From positions 12,710,001-12,774,000 of the forward strand of contig NW_024704749.1 in NCBI RefSeq assembly GCF_018977255.1: a DNA stretch of 64,000 bases, given 5' to 3'. Positions within the stretch are counted from its first letter, which is position 1. Each line of letters starts with the position of its first letter. The notes below the pieces were generated by a model. The model was not told the DNA's origin, made no database searches, and saw nothing but the letters and a program-made list of their open reading frames with translations. Both the position numbers and the translations under genes were made by a program. Source of the DNA: Callorhinchus milii (taxonomy: Eukaryota). Positions 52,699 to 63,855 of this stretch are shown one piece after another.

Positions 52699-52865
52699 GG
52701 CACCTATGATTTCCCCGCGCAAGCGGAGACACGAAGACGACGAGAGGCAGACCATTCCCAATGTGTTACAGGGCGAGGTGGCCCGGCTAAACCCCAAATT
52801 CCTGGTCAACCTGGACCCTTCCCACTGCAGCAACAATGGAACCGTTCATCTCATCTGCAAATTAG
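52699..52865 (+). CDS. MED15: MED15 exon 16
   Basis: APMISPRKRRHEDDERQTIPNVLQGEVARLNPKFLVNLDPSHCSNNGTVHLICKL; gtgagt donor. Confidence 0.94.
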
Positions 52866-52869
52866 GTGA

Positions 52870-52982
52870 GTGGAGCACCGCCCCCTTCCCTGGAGCACCG
52901 CCCCCTTCCCTGGAGCACCGCCCCCTTCCCTGGAGCACCGCCCCCTTCCCTGGAGCACCGCCCCCTTCCCCGGAGCACCGCC
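52870..52982. repeat. 20-bp minisatellite TGGAGCACCGCCCCCTTCCC, about 5.5 copies, directly after the exon 16 donor
   Basis: Visible tandem units. Confidence 0.9.
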
Positions 52983-53042
52983 TCCTCCAGTCGGTATTTT
53001 AATCGCCCCCCCCCCCCACCAGCTTGACTTTGTGTTCCTCAG

Positions 53043-53141
53043 ATGATAAGAACCTGCCCAGTGTGCCCCCACTCCAGCTGAGTGTGCCTGCAGACTACCC
53101 CGACCAGAGCCCCCAGTGGACAGATGACTCTTTCCAGTACG
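53043..53141 (+). CDS. MED15: MED15 exon 17
   Basis: DDKNLPSVPPLQLSVPADYPDQSPQWTDDSFQY; gtaagg donor. Confidence 0.94.
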
Positions 53142-53668
53142 GTAAGGTTTTCGATGGGGAGTATGAGGAGTTGGTGAGAGATGGTTTTGCTGGTTACAGG
53201 CGTTTCCTGTGCTTGTCTCCGTGATCAGTGTTTTTGTTGATGAATTTGGAGCCCTATCCACGGGCCCCAGGGTAACATGGCCCCATGTGCAAAGGTAAAC
53301 ACTTGTTATTGGTTATTTCCTGGCAGCTTATTGGCTCCCTGATTCCAGCTGGTCACTCATTCTCAGAAGTTTGTTCCTCGATTTATCTCCCCCATTCCCC
53401 GGCGTTTAGGGGTCAGCTGTGGATTAAGGAGAGAAGTCACGTGTTGCTCAGGACATTGGCATTGGGCTAATGTTCAGCTTTCCCACTCACTACAAATCCC
53501 CAGTGACGGCTTTCTCAGGCACCACATTCCCCAGGCTGTGAACTGGGTTTATATTTACTCGTTGTGTTGTGCTAATCACAGGCCGGTGATGAGAGTGTGT
53601 TGGCAACTGTCAGTGAGGATGGAGATGAAACCATTCAGTAACCACATCGCTGTCTTTGTTCACTGCAG

Positions 53669-53805
53669 ACGCCAATCCCTTCTTGCAAACAGTTCACCGT
53701 ACCATGACGTCCAAACTCCTGCAGCTCCCCGACAAGCACTCTGTTACAGCACTGCTCAACACGTGGGCACAGAGCATCCGGCAGGTCTGCCTGTCCGCAG
53801 CATGA
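53669..53805 (+). CDS. MED15: MED15 exon 18 (last coding exon, TGA stop)
   Basis: DANPFLQTVHRTMTSKLLQLPDKHSVTALLNTWAQSIRQVCLSAA*; AATAAA downstream at 54134 and 54569. Confidence 0.94.
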
Positions 53806-55440
53806 TCGGCCCGTGTTCCACCGTGGGAACCTTACAGTGTCGCTGTCCAATGGGAAGGACTGAGAGTGACATGTGCTAGGAAATCAGCATGACTGCAGCC
53901 TTTAGCTGTTCTGATCACTGTCAGTGAGATGGGACTGTTTTCTAGCATGTATTGAATTATAAAATATGTATCAAGAGTTATTTACATTTTATTTACACTT
54001 AGCCCTGTCCTCACTCGTTTCTACTTCACATAGTGTTTTGCTGAGAGTGTCTCCCCAGTGAGAGGGGGCAACTCTCTGTGTATGTTACTGGGTTTGTACA
54101 TGTCTATAATGTAACCCTGAAATCCACCACTGGAATAAATGCTTGTTTTCCATATGTGTAGCAGCCACTTTATCCAGGGTAATGCAGGATTGAGGGATGA
54201 ATTTAACTGTATTAAACAGTTGCATCTCAATTAGCTTAGTTCCAAGTTAAACGTCTACAGGAACTCAAGATCATGTGCAGCCATTCCATTTGGCACACAG
54301 CAACTCCCACAAACAGCCACGAGGCGAATGACTGATTTCTGGAGGAATGTCGGCCAGGACAACACTGGAAGAAACTTTGTGTTTTTAGTCTCACTGCGGG
54401 GACCTTTAACATCAGCTGCGACATCAGTGTGATGGCCCCTCTGACATGCAGGGCGCCTCCTTCCCCTTCCCGCCTCCCCCCCCCCCCCACCCCCACCACC
54501 AGTGCTGCATTGGAGCGTCATCCTGAACTGTGAACTCAACGTCAGTGCTTCATGTTTGAACGATATTTAATAAAATTGCTCCTGATGTACAGTGCCGCCT
54601 GCAGCCCGGGCTGTGGAGCTGCTGCCAGATTTCTGAATGTTAATACTGGCTGCAATATTAACCTCGCGGAGTTTATTACAATAGCTGACTGATAAGGAAA
54701 GCTCAAATGGTTGTGGAAGTTTCCCCTGATAGTTGTTTTATTGATGTGGTTTTGTCTGCACATTTAATTTCAAGTTATTTTTGGGTAAAGATGCTTTGTA
54801 TTTGAAAAGCATTTTATAAATGTAATAATCCTTACCACGGTGCATGTTTCTGTAGTGTCAAAACATCCCAAAGCCCTTCACAGCACTTGCAGCAGCAAGT
54901 TTGGGCATAGCAATACCTGAGTGAACGAGTGATTATACAGAGTTGTGTGGAGTGATAAAGCATAGAAACGGGATGTTCAATGCAACCAGTCCGTACCGGT
55001 GTTCATATTCCACAAAAGCCCCAACACTCCTATTTCCCTGTCTCTTCCCTAAATTTACTTGGAGGATTGTTGTTTGGGATTGAGAGTGAGAGAAACTCCC
55101 ACCTCTTTGATTGTCTCGTAGAATATCCACCGCTAAAACCTGAACAAACAGACAGACACACAGGACCTAATGTCTCATCTCAACAACAACGTCTTGTGTA
55201 GGTAAGTGCTGTGGCCTCCAAACCAACTTCAGCCTCAGTCGGTGTTTGTTTCTATTCCACACAACGTTCTCGCAGTTAAACACAGTGATGATCGTCAGTG
55301 TATAAAATATTAGAGCCTCTGTGTACATAACCAATGTTTGACACTGATGTTTGGGACACGGCTCATGCAAGTGAATGCCAGGAGGGGGGGAGGTCAGGGT
55401 GGACCTTGATCTTTTGTCCAGGTGTTATGTTCTTATGAAG

Positions 55441-56093
55441 GTGTGGGGGGCTGATGGGGGTGTGGGGCTGATGGGGGTGTGGGGGCTGATGGGGGGTGTG
55501 GGGCTGATGTGGGGGTGGTGGGGGCTGATGTGGGGGTGTGGGGCTGATGGGGGGTGTGGGGCTGATGGGGGTGTGGGGCTGATGGGGGGGGGGGGGGGGT
55601 GTGGGGCTGATGGGGGGGTGTGGGGGCTGATGGGGGGTGTGGGGCTGATGGGGGTGTGGGGCTGATGGGGGGTGTGGGGCTGATGGGGAGTGTGGGGCTG
55701 ATGGGGGGTGTGGGGCTGATGGGGGGTGTGGGGCTGATGGGGGTGGGGCTGATGGGGGGTGTGGGGCTGATGGGGGGTGTGGGGCTGATGGGGGGTGTGG
55801 GGCTGATGGGGGGGGGGGTGGGGGGTGTGGGGCTGATGGGGGGTGTGGGGCTGATGGGGAGTGTGGGGCTGATGGGGGGTGTGGGGCTGATGGGGGGTGT
55901 GGGGCTGATGGGGGGTGTGGGGCTGATGGGGGGGTGTGGGGCTGATGGGGGGTGTGGGGCTGATGGGGGTGTGTGGGGCTGATGGGGGGTGTGGGGCTGA
56001 TGGGGAGTGTTGGGGCTGATGGGGAGTGTTGGGGCTGATGGGGGGTGTTGGGGCTGATGGGGAGTGGTGGGGCTGATGGGGAGTGTTGGGGCT
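55441..56093. repeat. G-rich minisatellite (GGGGCTGATGGGGGGTGT)n
   Basis: Visible units of about 19 bp. Confidence 0.9.
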
Positions 56094-56147
56094 AAAGCAG
56101 AGGTGAGTTTTCTGTGTTCAGAAAAATGTTGGGATCAGCCGCAAAGG

Positions 56148-56465
56148 CCCCTTAACAACGGCCATCGCCCCCTAACAACGGCCATCGCCCCCTAACAACG
56201 GCCATCGCCCCCTAACAACGGCCATCGCCCCTAAAACGGCCATCGCCCCCTAACAACGGCCATCGCCCCCTAACAACGGCCATCGCCCCCTAACAACGGC
56301 CATCGCCCCCTAACAACGGCCATCGCCCCCTAACAACGGCCATCGCCCCCTAACAACGGCCATCGCCCCCTAACAACGGCCATCGCCCCCTAACAACGAT
56401 CATTCTCACCCCCTAGCAACCGCCACTCTCACGCTTAGCAACGGCCACTCTGGCCCTTAGCAACA
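56148..56465. repeat. 20-bp tandem array (GCCATCGCCCCCTAACAACG), about 13 copies plus 3 degenerate TAGCAAC copies
   Basis: Visible; directly upstream of the putative CCDC74 first exon. Confidence 0.9.
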
Positions 56466-56500
56466 GCTGTTGTTGGCGCCGCTCGGGCTGTGGAGCTGCG
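56440..56500 (+). promoter_or_regulatory. Probable CCDC74 promoter and non-coding first exon (5' boundary approximate)
   Basis: CpG-rich patch ending in a strong donor GCG|gtgagt at 56501; TAGCAAC RFX half-sites immediately upstream. Confidence 0.55.
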
Positions 56501-56866
56501 GTGAGTCCGGAAGGCGACCCCCCCCCCCCCCCCCACCCCCGGGGCACCCGCGACCCCCCCCTCACCGGGGCACCCGCGACCCCCCCCCCCCCCCCGGGCA
56601 CCGACCTCTCACCGACGCCCGGACACACGGCCCGAGGCGGCGCGGCCCCTCTCTCTCTCCCCCCTGTCCCCCTCTCTCTCTCCCCCCTGTCCCCCCTCTC
56701 TCCCCCCCCTGTCCCCCCCCTCTCTCTCCCTGTCCCCCCCCTCTCTCTCTCCCCCTGTCCCCCTCTCTCTCCCCCCCCCTCTCTCTCCCTGTCCCCCCCC
56801 TCTCTCTCTCCCCCCGTCCCCCCCTCTCTCTCTCCTCCTGTCCCTCTCCCCCTGTCCCCCCCCTCT

Positions 56867-56900
<34 letters not shown>

Positions 56901-57132
56901 GGGCTCAGTGTCGCGGTTATTGCTCCACATTATGTTGTTACTGGTCCGCTGTCACTGTAACTAATATTAATATAATAATCTGTAAATGATTATTATTGAT
57001 CTCCTGACTCACCGTCTCCCATTACAGGTGAGGCACAGGTTGGCGACAGCCACGGCTCAGGGTGGGGGGTAACCCCACAGGGGGTGGGGGGGGGACAGCT
57101 CAACCCCACATATCAGCCCTTGAGAGAGAGTC

Positions 57133-57303
57133 TGTGTATCTGTGTCTGTCTGTGTCCGTCTGTGTGTCTGTGTCCGTCTGTGTGTCTGTCTGTGTGTCTG
57201 TGTCCGTCTGTGTGTGTGTCCGTCTGTGTGTCTGTGTCTGTCTGTGTGTCTGTGTCTGTCTGTGTCTGTCTGTGTGTCTGTGTCCGTCTGTGTGTCTGTG
57301 TCT
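57133..57303. repeat. (TGTC/TG)n simple repeat
   Basis: Visible. Confidence 0.85.
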
Positions 57304-58496
57304 GGCCGAGCTTTCCCGCTGCCTGTTGTCCAGCTCGGACCACCCGACCCGTCAGTCAGGGTTGGTGGGCGCTGAGGGGGAAGGTTCCCTTCCTCACCCT
57401 AAACTCTTATCAATAACAAGTCTCCACTGCGCAGTTGACAGGGCAGGTAAACCGTGAGCCACTGTAAGTATTCCACTGTAATAACAATAATCCTCACGTC
57501 AGGGGGACGTCCCAAAGCGCAAATGCAAATTTTCCAGGAAGCAAAGCTCAGAACATAAGACCTGATTCCCAGACTCACTCTCTGCGCTGCGCTGCCTCTC
57601 GAAACATGCACTCCACACAGTCAACTCCTCAACCAAAGCAATTATCCAAACCAATTATACAGGTACAGAAGAAATCAACTTTCTGTCTTTCATTCAAACT
57701 AAGTATTATGCAACTATCTGAGTGGAGTGTAAAACCACACAAACAAATAGTGAACTTTCAGTAGCTGGAAATTGCTCTTCAATTATTGTCCGATCAATAT
57801 ACAATTAAGTGGAGTCACTGTACTTGACAACAGATTGCAGTTGTTTGGAAAAAGTTTGAAGAATATAAATGAATTAATTAGCATTTCCCTCTCCCACAGT
57901 GGTTGAAAGTTGTGATCTTATGAGACTGTTGTAAAAGAGCAATTCGCTCAGATTGATCCCCAAAATGGGCTGTTGAACGGATTCTGCAGCGAGCACCCAA
58001 ACATGTTGAAAACAGCCGGAAAAATTTATTTGAAAATAAGGAAACCTGGAATTCAAAGGCAATTCAAGAGGCCGGAGATAGAATCGTCTGACATTCAGTT
58101 AAAGACCAAAGTTTGTGCTAAGACTTTTAGAGTTTTTGCCCTGGATGTTTGTGAGCCAACGTTTAACTATTAGGAAAAAAAAATATTTATCATGAGACAT
58201 CTGTTAGTTTTTAATGTTTTTTTTGTGTTGCAATATAAGCATAAAAAGTGCAGTAAACTTTCAGTCTAGCAACTCTTGTTTTTAAGATAATACATATAAA
58301 GTCTGAAAGCAGAAGGTTTAATAATAAAAGACAAATCTGCTGTGTATTTATCTAGATGTATGTAATAATCGGTTGACAAAAAGAAACACAAATTGAAAGC
58401 TTGTTATTTTTTGCAACTTGGACAAACAGCTTGTGACAGGAGTTATTATTATTGGTCGCCTCTGGTTCGGTTGGATTTGTAACTCAATAGAACTAA

Positions 58497-59068
<572 letters not shown>

Positions 59069-59177
59069 GCTTCAAAATGTTGAGGATCTTGCCTCCGGCG
59101 CTAAACACACCCATTCTTCCTCACGTTTCCTCTTGTCTGTATTCTCACGTGACATTTCTTTTTGTATTTTTCTACAG

Positions 59178-59219
59178 ATCTTCATTTTAAGATTATTATG
59201 AACCCGAGAAGCCCAAATG
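59178..59219 (+). CDS. CCDC74: CCDC74 coding exon 2
   Basis: DLHFKIIMNPRSPN; tacag acceptor, gtaaag donor. Confidence 0.88.
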
Positions 59220-59648
59220 GTAAAGTTCCTTATCAGTATGTATGGTGTGTAAGTGATTGTGTGTAGTGTGACTGTGTGTACTGTGTGACGGTATGACTGT
59301 GTGATTGTGTGGTGTTATTTCTGTGACTTCTCCACTGACTGACCACAGTGGATTCTCTGCTTGCAAATGGCCAGCAATGATCCATTGTCCCAGACAGTGT
59401 TGGCTGTGGAGCAGGAGTTTGCTGATCTGCCTGGCTCTAGTGGGAGATGATAAACTGGCTGTGGGAGCTGGTGTTGTTAGTGCTGCCCCTCCGTCTGGGG
59501 TGGGGGCTGCTCCTGCCTAGGCTGAATGGCCTTCTCCTGTTCCTATATATATCGGACTCATTGTACGCTGACTTCCACCTTGGAATTCGGGGTCTTGTGT
59601 TGGATGTATGTTTCTTGCAGGTTTTAAATTGCACTTGTTTTATTCCAG

Positions 59649-59726
59649 AAAGGATCTCCTCTGGGATTTCTCAAAGTAGTTCATTTACAGACTGCGCTCA
59701 GCCAAGTCCTGGAGAATATTCCACAG
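59649..59726 (+). CDS. CCDC74: CCDC74 coding exon 3 (poorly conserved linker)
   Basis: ERISSGISQSSSFTDCAQPSPGEYST; good splice sites, phase 1-1. Confidence 0.65.
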
Positions 59727-59992
59727 GTAAACAGCCACCACACAGCTCTCCTCACACTCAGACTTTCAGTCGTGTTGGGTTTGACATTATTCATGTCACC
59801 AAAAGGTAACCAGGGCTTGTAAGGTGATTGATCTGAGATTGCTATGGCCCCACCAGTTCCTCTGGCGCTCACACTTGATGTAAAAGGTCCTGTGGGCCGG
59901 CTGTAGTTGCTCCAACTCGCAGCGGGATAAGCTTGGACAATTAGGAATAGCTCCCAAGTGCCTCACTGCCTCCTGATTGTGTTGTGTTACAG

Positions 59993-60086
59993 ACAGAGCC
60001 CAGGCGCGGCCCAGCCGACTGCCCTGCGCTGTACAGACGGAGGAGGGGTCGGCTCAGAGGCTCTGCACTGACAAAGACGATCACAG
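59993..60086 (+). CDS. CCDC74: CCDC74 coding exon 4
   Basis: DRAQARPSRLPCAVQTEEGSAQRLCTDKDDH; phase 1-2 is needed to join the next exon in frame. Confidence 0.7.
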
Positions 60087-60316
60087 GTAAATAATAACAA
60101 CCCCAACACCTTCCACATCAGCAGCACGTCTCAGAGCGCTTCACAGTATTCACTGTAGCGTGTAGTGACTAGTTTGCAGGCCAGAAATTCACCATAAGCT
60201 TCGCTCCCTGACTGATATGCAGTTACAGTGCTCACAAACAGCACTCGTACTGCTGACACAGAACAGAGAAAGCTGTATGTTGTGGCCACTAATAGACATC
60301 TCTTTCCCTGTGGCAG

Positions 60317-60512
60317 GAGCTGGAGAGGGGAGGTTGCCCAGCCGGTGATGGCTCTGCCTGGGGCCCTGGACCACACACAGATGCTGATCATATCACTGAC
60401 GCCCCTCCTGGTCCAGATCAATCACTCACTGCCTCCTCGCCCACCCACCCTGCAGGAGTGCCAGCTCATCATCCAGCACATGCACAGCACCAGCGACCTG
60501 CAGTCTCGGGAG
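60317..60512 (+). CDS. CCDC74: CCDC74 coding exon 5
   Basis: ...LIISLTPLLVQINHSLPPRPPTLQECQLIIQHMHSTSDLQSRE, containing the CCDC74 PTLxEC motif. Confidence 0.88.
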
Positions 60513-60866
60513 GTAACAACAACTTGTTTTATATCGCATCCCACAGCGCTGGGTAACCAAAGCCTATTCCCAGTGTCCTGTCCGGCCACAACCAACGTCC
60601 AACTGAAATGTTCGTTTGCAATTAACTAGTTCACATTTACTACACAAGACAAATGCTGGTGACAAGTTACAGAATGAACAATGTGACCAGTTGACCCCCA
60701 TGTGATGGGATGTGATGTTGGGGCCACACCTCTGTCCTGTTGATCCTGTTACTCACATCATAGGTTCTCAGTGTTACAGATGAGCGAGAGCACTGGTGAG
60801 AGTGTAATGTTGTTGTTATTGGCCGGGGTGAGAGCTAAACATGACGTGTGTAACGGCCTTTCTCAG

Positions 60867-60964
60867 CTGCTTCGCCTGAAGACCAATCTGGGAGAGATCC
60901 TGTTTGCCAACAAGTGGTCTCCAGATGCCTATCTCCTGGCCAAGGCCTACCTCGCTGAGCACAG
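60867..60964 (+). CDS. CCDC74: CCDC74 coding exon 6
   Basis: LLRLKTNLGEILFANKWSPDAYLLAKAYLAEH; ctcag acceptor, gtcagg donor. Confidence 0.85.
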
Positions 60965-61446
60965 GTCAGGGTTTTTACCTCATTCATTGTCTTTACTGGA
61001 AACAGCTTTAATTCAGTTTTTATAACCAAACCGAAATGTTGCCCACATTCACCAGAGCTGCCCACCATACTGTCTGTGCCCCCACTGCGCCCTTTGTAAC
61101 TAAAGTCCAGCTGAAATGTTCTCTGGCGATTAACTGATTCATTTACCACAGCAATTGCCGGTTATTGGTTACAGGTTATCCATGTGAACGTGTTACTGGA
61201 TTCTTCTGATCAGCAGCCTTCACCCTGATCACACCACGATCCTAACCTTATACACTGGAGCTTTGCTTGTGGAGTGGGGGGAATATTGTACACGTTGCCC
61301 AGTGGTTGTGGCTGGTGTGACACTGGGCGGGTGGGAGGCTCACAGGTTTAGCTAACACCTCGGCCGAGTATACTTAAAAACCTCAATGTGGAAAACAAAT
61401 TGCTCCCAACCCCCAACCAGCCGTCTGAATGTGTTTTTCCTTCTAG

Positions 61447-61503
61447 ACAGAACGATGGGATGCGACTCCCCAAAGTGCCTCTGAGACATTCATCAAAAAA
61501 AAT
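61447..61503 (+). CDS. CCDC74: CCDC74 coding exon 7
   Basis: QNDGMRLPKVPLRHSSKK; ctag acceptor, gtaagt donor. Confidence 0.85.
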
Positions 61504-61618
61504 GTAAGTTTCCAACAGTCCTCAGTGCTGTGCCCTGAGAGGGCAGTGCCCCCTGAGAGGGAGACCCTGCCCTGTGCCCCTGCCTCCCCCCCACACTGAC
61601 CCTGGTTTCCCTCCCCAG

Positions 61619-61754
61619 GCCAGACAGCCGGCTGCCCATAGCAGACAGGGTTGTGCTCCCAGCTCTGAAGCAGACGGTGGGGAACAGGGTGTCCGAGCGG
61701 CAGAAGCGAGTCCAGACTGTGCAGAAGAGTCGTTACCGGAAGGTTTTATTGTGA
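61619..61754 (+). CDS. CCDC74: CCDC74 last coding exon
   Basis: PDSRLPIADRVVLPALKQTVGNRVSERQKRVQTVQKSRYRKVLL*; ATTAAA at 61859. Confidence 0.9.
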
Positions 61755-61773
61755 TGCTGTAACACAGAGCCAG

Positions 61774-61791
61774 TGCTGCCCCCTAGTGACC
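61774..61791 (-). promoter_or_regulatory. CTCF-like motif in the CCDC74 3'UTR
   Basis: Minus strand reads GGTCACTAGGGGGCAGCA. Confidence 0.45.
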
Positions 61792-62223
61792 GCACGCTGC
61801 TCACACACACACCAGCCGCCACGTGGGTTTCTGTACAGTACAAATCACCTCACTATGCATTAAACTTCCTTATACTGTTCCCACGGTCCAGCATCTAATA
61901 ACGGGCAACGGCACCTGTCGCCCACCTCCACACTGCACAACACCAAACAAAATCAGACCTGATCAAATCTGGCCTTGTCTGAGCTGTCACTCCGGGAATA
62001 TTTATTTATTGTTAAGCAGAATATCATGTTCTTTCTCCTTCACCAGAAGTGATCGCAGGATTCCACTTTCTTACAAAACCGTCACCAGTTTAATTTCATA
62101 CAAAATTCGCAAAAGCTCAGTGTTGGTTTTGACACTTTATATAAAACAATTTCCGCTGTGGAGAAAGCAGCGTAAAAAATATTTTTCTAACCAGAAAAAA
62201 CAGGAATTTCTTGGGCATTAATA

Positions 62224-62541
62224 TCAGGATTGATGTGGCCTCCGGTGCTGAGTGAGGAGGGTCTGCACGGCAGCGTAGAGAAAGCCCCCACCCAGGAGCA
62301 GGAGCAGGGACAGGGCAGGGCACATGTTGAAGTAATAGCCGATGAGTAGCAGGAGGCAGAGGGAGGACAGAGTGCGGTAACTGGCCAGGAATCGCAGGCT
62401 GACCCGTGGCTGGGGGGGTGAGTGAGGTGTCAGGGGGCTACATCGGGCCTTGCTGCTCCGCTCCGGCGGCACCAGGCACCAGCTCATCAGCCTCCCCACA
62501 AAGGTCTCCCGCTGGCACAGCGCAGCCAGCTCACCACAGAA
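62224..62541 (-). CDS. SMPD4: Sphingomyelin phosphodiesterase 4 (nSMase3), last coding exon with C-terminal TM segment
   Basis: FCGELAALCQRETFVGRL...[27 protein letters not shown]...LTQHRRPHQS*; matches the SMPD4 C-terminus. Confidence 0.92.
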   Translation of the reverse strand, partial: FCGELAALCQRETFVGRLMSWCLVPPERSSKARCSPLTPHSPPQPRVSLRFLASYRTLSSLCLLLLIGYYFNMCPALSLLLLLGGGFLYAAVQTLLTQHRRPHQS

Positions 62542-62734
62542 CTACAGCAAAGAAAAAAAAGCACAGAGACACGAGTTAGATCACTCGTCATTACTCATCT
62601 ACATTCATCTCTTTCTCGTGTTATTGCTCAGAGAGAGAAAGGAGCGATGGGGAGAGAGACAGACAGAGGGAGGGAGGGAGAGAGAGAGAGATGGGGGGGG
62701 GGGGGGGGGGGGGGAGTCAGACAGATAGACTTAC

Positions 62735-62863
62735 TCGCTGGTTGATGGCTGACGAGAGTTTAAACAGCAGGCGGACGAGGACACTACTCTCAAAGCTGCG
62801 GATGGGCTGGAGCTCAGGGTCTCCCTGATACTCGATCTCAAAGCGCCGCAGTCCATTGATGAT
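62735..62863 (-). CDS. SMPD4: SMPD4 penultimate coding exon
   Basis: [43 protein letters not shown]; gcag acceptor, gtaagt donor. Confidence 0.94.
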
Positions 62864-63254
62864 CTGCAAACAATTACCTCAGTCTGTCACATCTCAGCCA
62901 CAACTCTCACCCATCACTTCATCTATAGTCAGTGCTGACCTCCTTGGGTTATCCTCCCCCCCCCCCCCAATGTAAACAGCATACAGAATTCCACCCAGTC
63001 TTAGAAAAGATCACACAGGAGGGACTGAAATTGAAACAATCTGGAATTTGTCAGCCTGAATAATAATAATCCTTGCATTTGACAAAGCACCTTATCACAC
63101 TGTTGAGATCTCAAAGCGCTTCACAGGATACACTGTAAAGTGATTCACTATTTTATGGGTGAAACAAGATAGACAATTGCACACATCAGTATCTTCCCCC
63201 CCCCCCCCCCATACACACACACACAGTGTAACTGAGAGTGGAGGTTTATCGTAC

Positions 63255-63386
63255 CTGGTATCTGCCCAGTGGGGTGAGGATCAGCCCGTGGTCTCCCTGC
63301 ACACAGTCAGGGAGGCTGGGCTGGCTGCTCTCCTCACTGGCCGCCCCCACACTGCTGGACAGCTGGCTGACCTGCGAGGGGTTTAA
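63255..63386 (-). CDS. SMPD4: SMPD4 internal exon
   Basis: LNPSQVSQLSSSVGAASEESSQPSLPDCVQGDHGLILTPLGRYQ; gcag acceptor, gt donor. Confidence 0.92.
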
Positions 63387-63613
63387 CTGCAGAGACAAAC
63401 AGCACAAGGTCAACCTTTCATATTTCACCAACAAATGTTTGTTGAAGTTGTTGATGTTTGTTGAAATGAAGAAACAAATGTTTCTTCAGGTATTAAACCA
63501 CTGATGATTTAATCAATGGTTTAATACCTGAAGAAGGTGAGAAATATCCACGCCTATCCTGGAGCAATCATTAGTCAGTGACTGCGAACGGCTGAGCACC
63601 GGGTGGGAAAGGG

Positions 63614-63750
63614 ACATAGGAACAGGAGGCCATTCAGCCACTCGAGCCTGTTCCGCCATTCTATAAGATCATGGCTGATCTCAACCTCAACTCCAATTAC
63701 CCGTCCTTGTCCCATTTCTCTTGATACCCTGACCTAATAAATATCTATCT
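63614..63750 (-). mobile_element. CR1 3'UTR fragment in an SMPD4 intron
   Basis: Reverse complement of the CR1 tail seen at 4420-4540. Confidence 0.75.
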
Positions 63751-63855
63751 GAAGAGAGGGGGAGGCTGCGTGCGGAGCCCCCATCCCTCCCCTGGCTTCC
63801 ACCTGACCACTCACCCAAACCCAGAGTCTCTCGTGGACACAACCTTGACATTTAC

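Larger units (their letters stand above)
36534..53805 (+). other. MED15: MED15 gene span, ATG to stop; 18 coding exons, 710 aa
   Basis: All introns GT-AG and phases join into one 2133-nt ORF: N-terminal KIX domain, Q-rich middle, conserved C-terminus (...ANPFLQTVHRTMTSKLLQLPDKHSVTALLNTWAQSIRQVCLSAA*). Confidence 0.95.

Noticed and set aside
56148-56400. CRISPR-like regular repeat
   Set aside because: Head-to-tail units with no unique spacers, no cas genes, and a vertebrate context.
55375-56989. Gly-rich and Pro-rich ORFs
   Set aside because: Products of G-rich and C-rich simple repeats.
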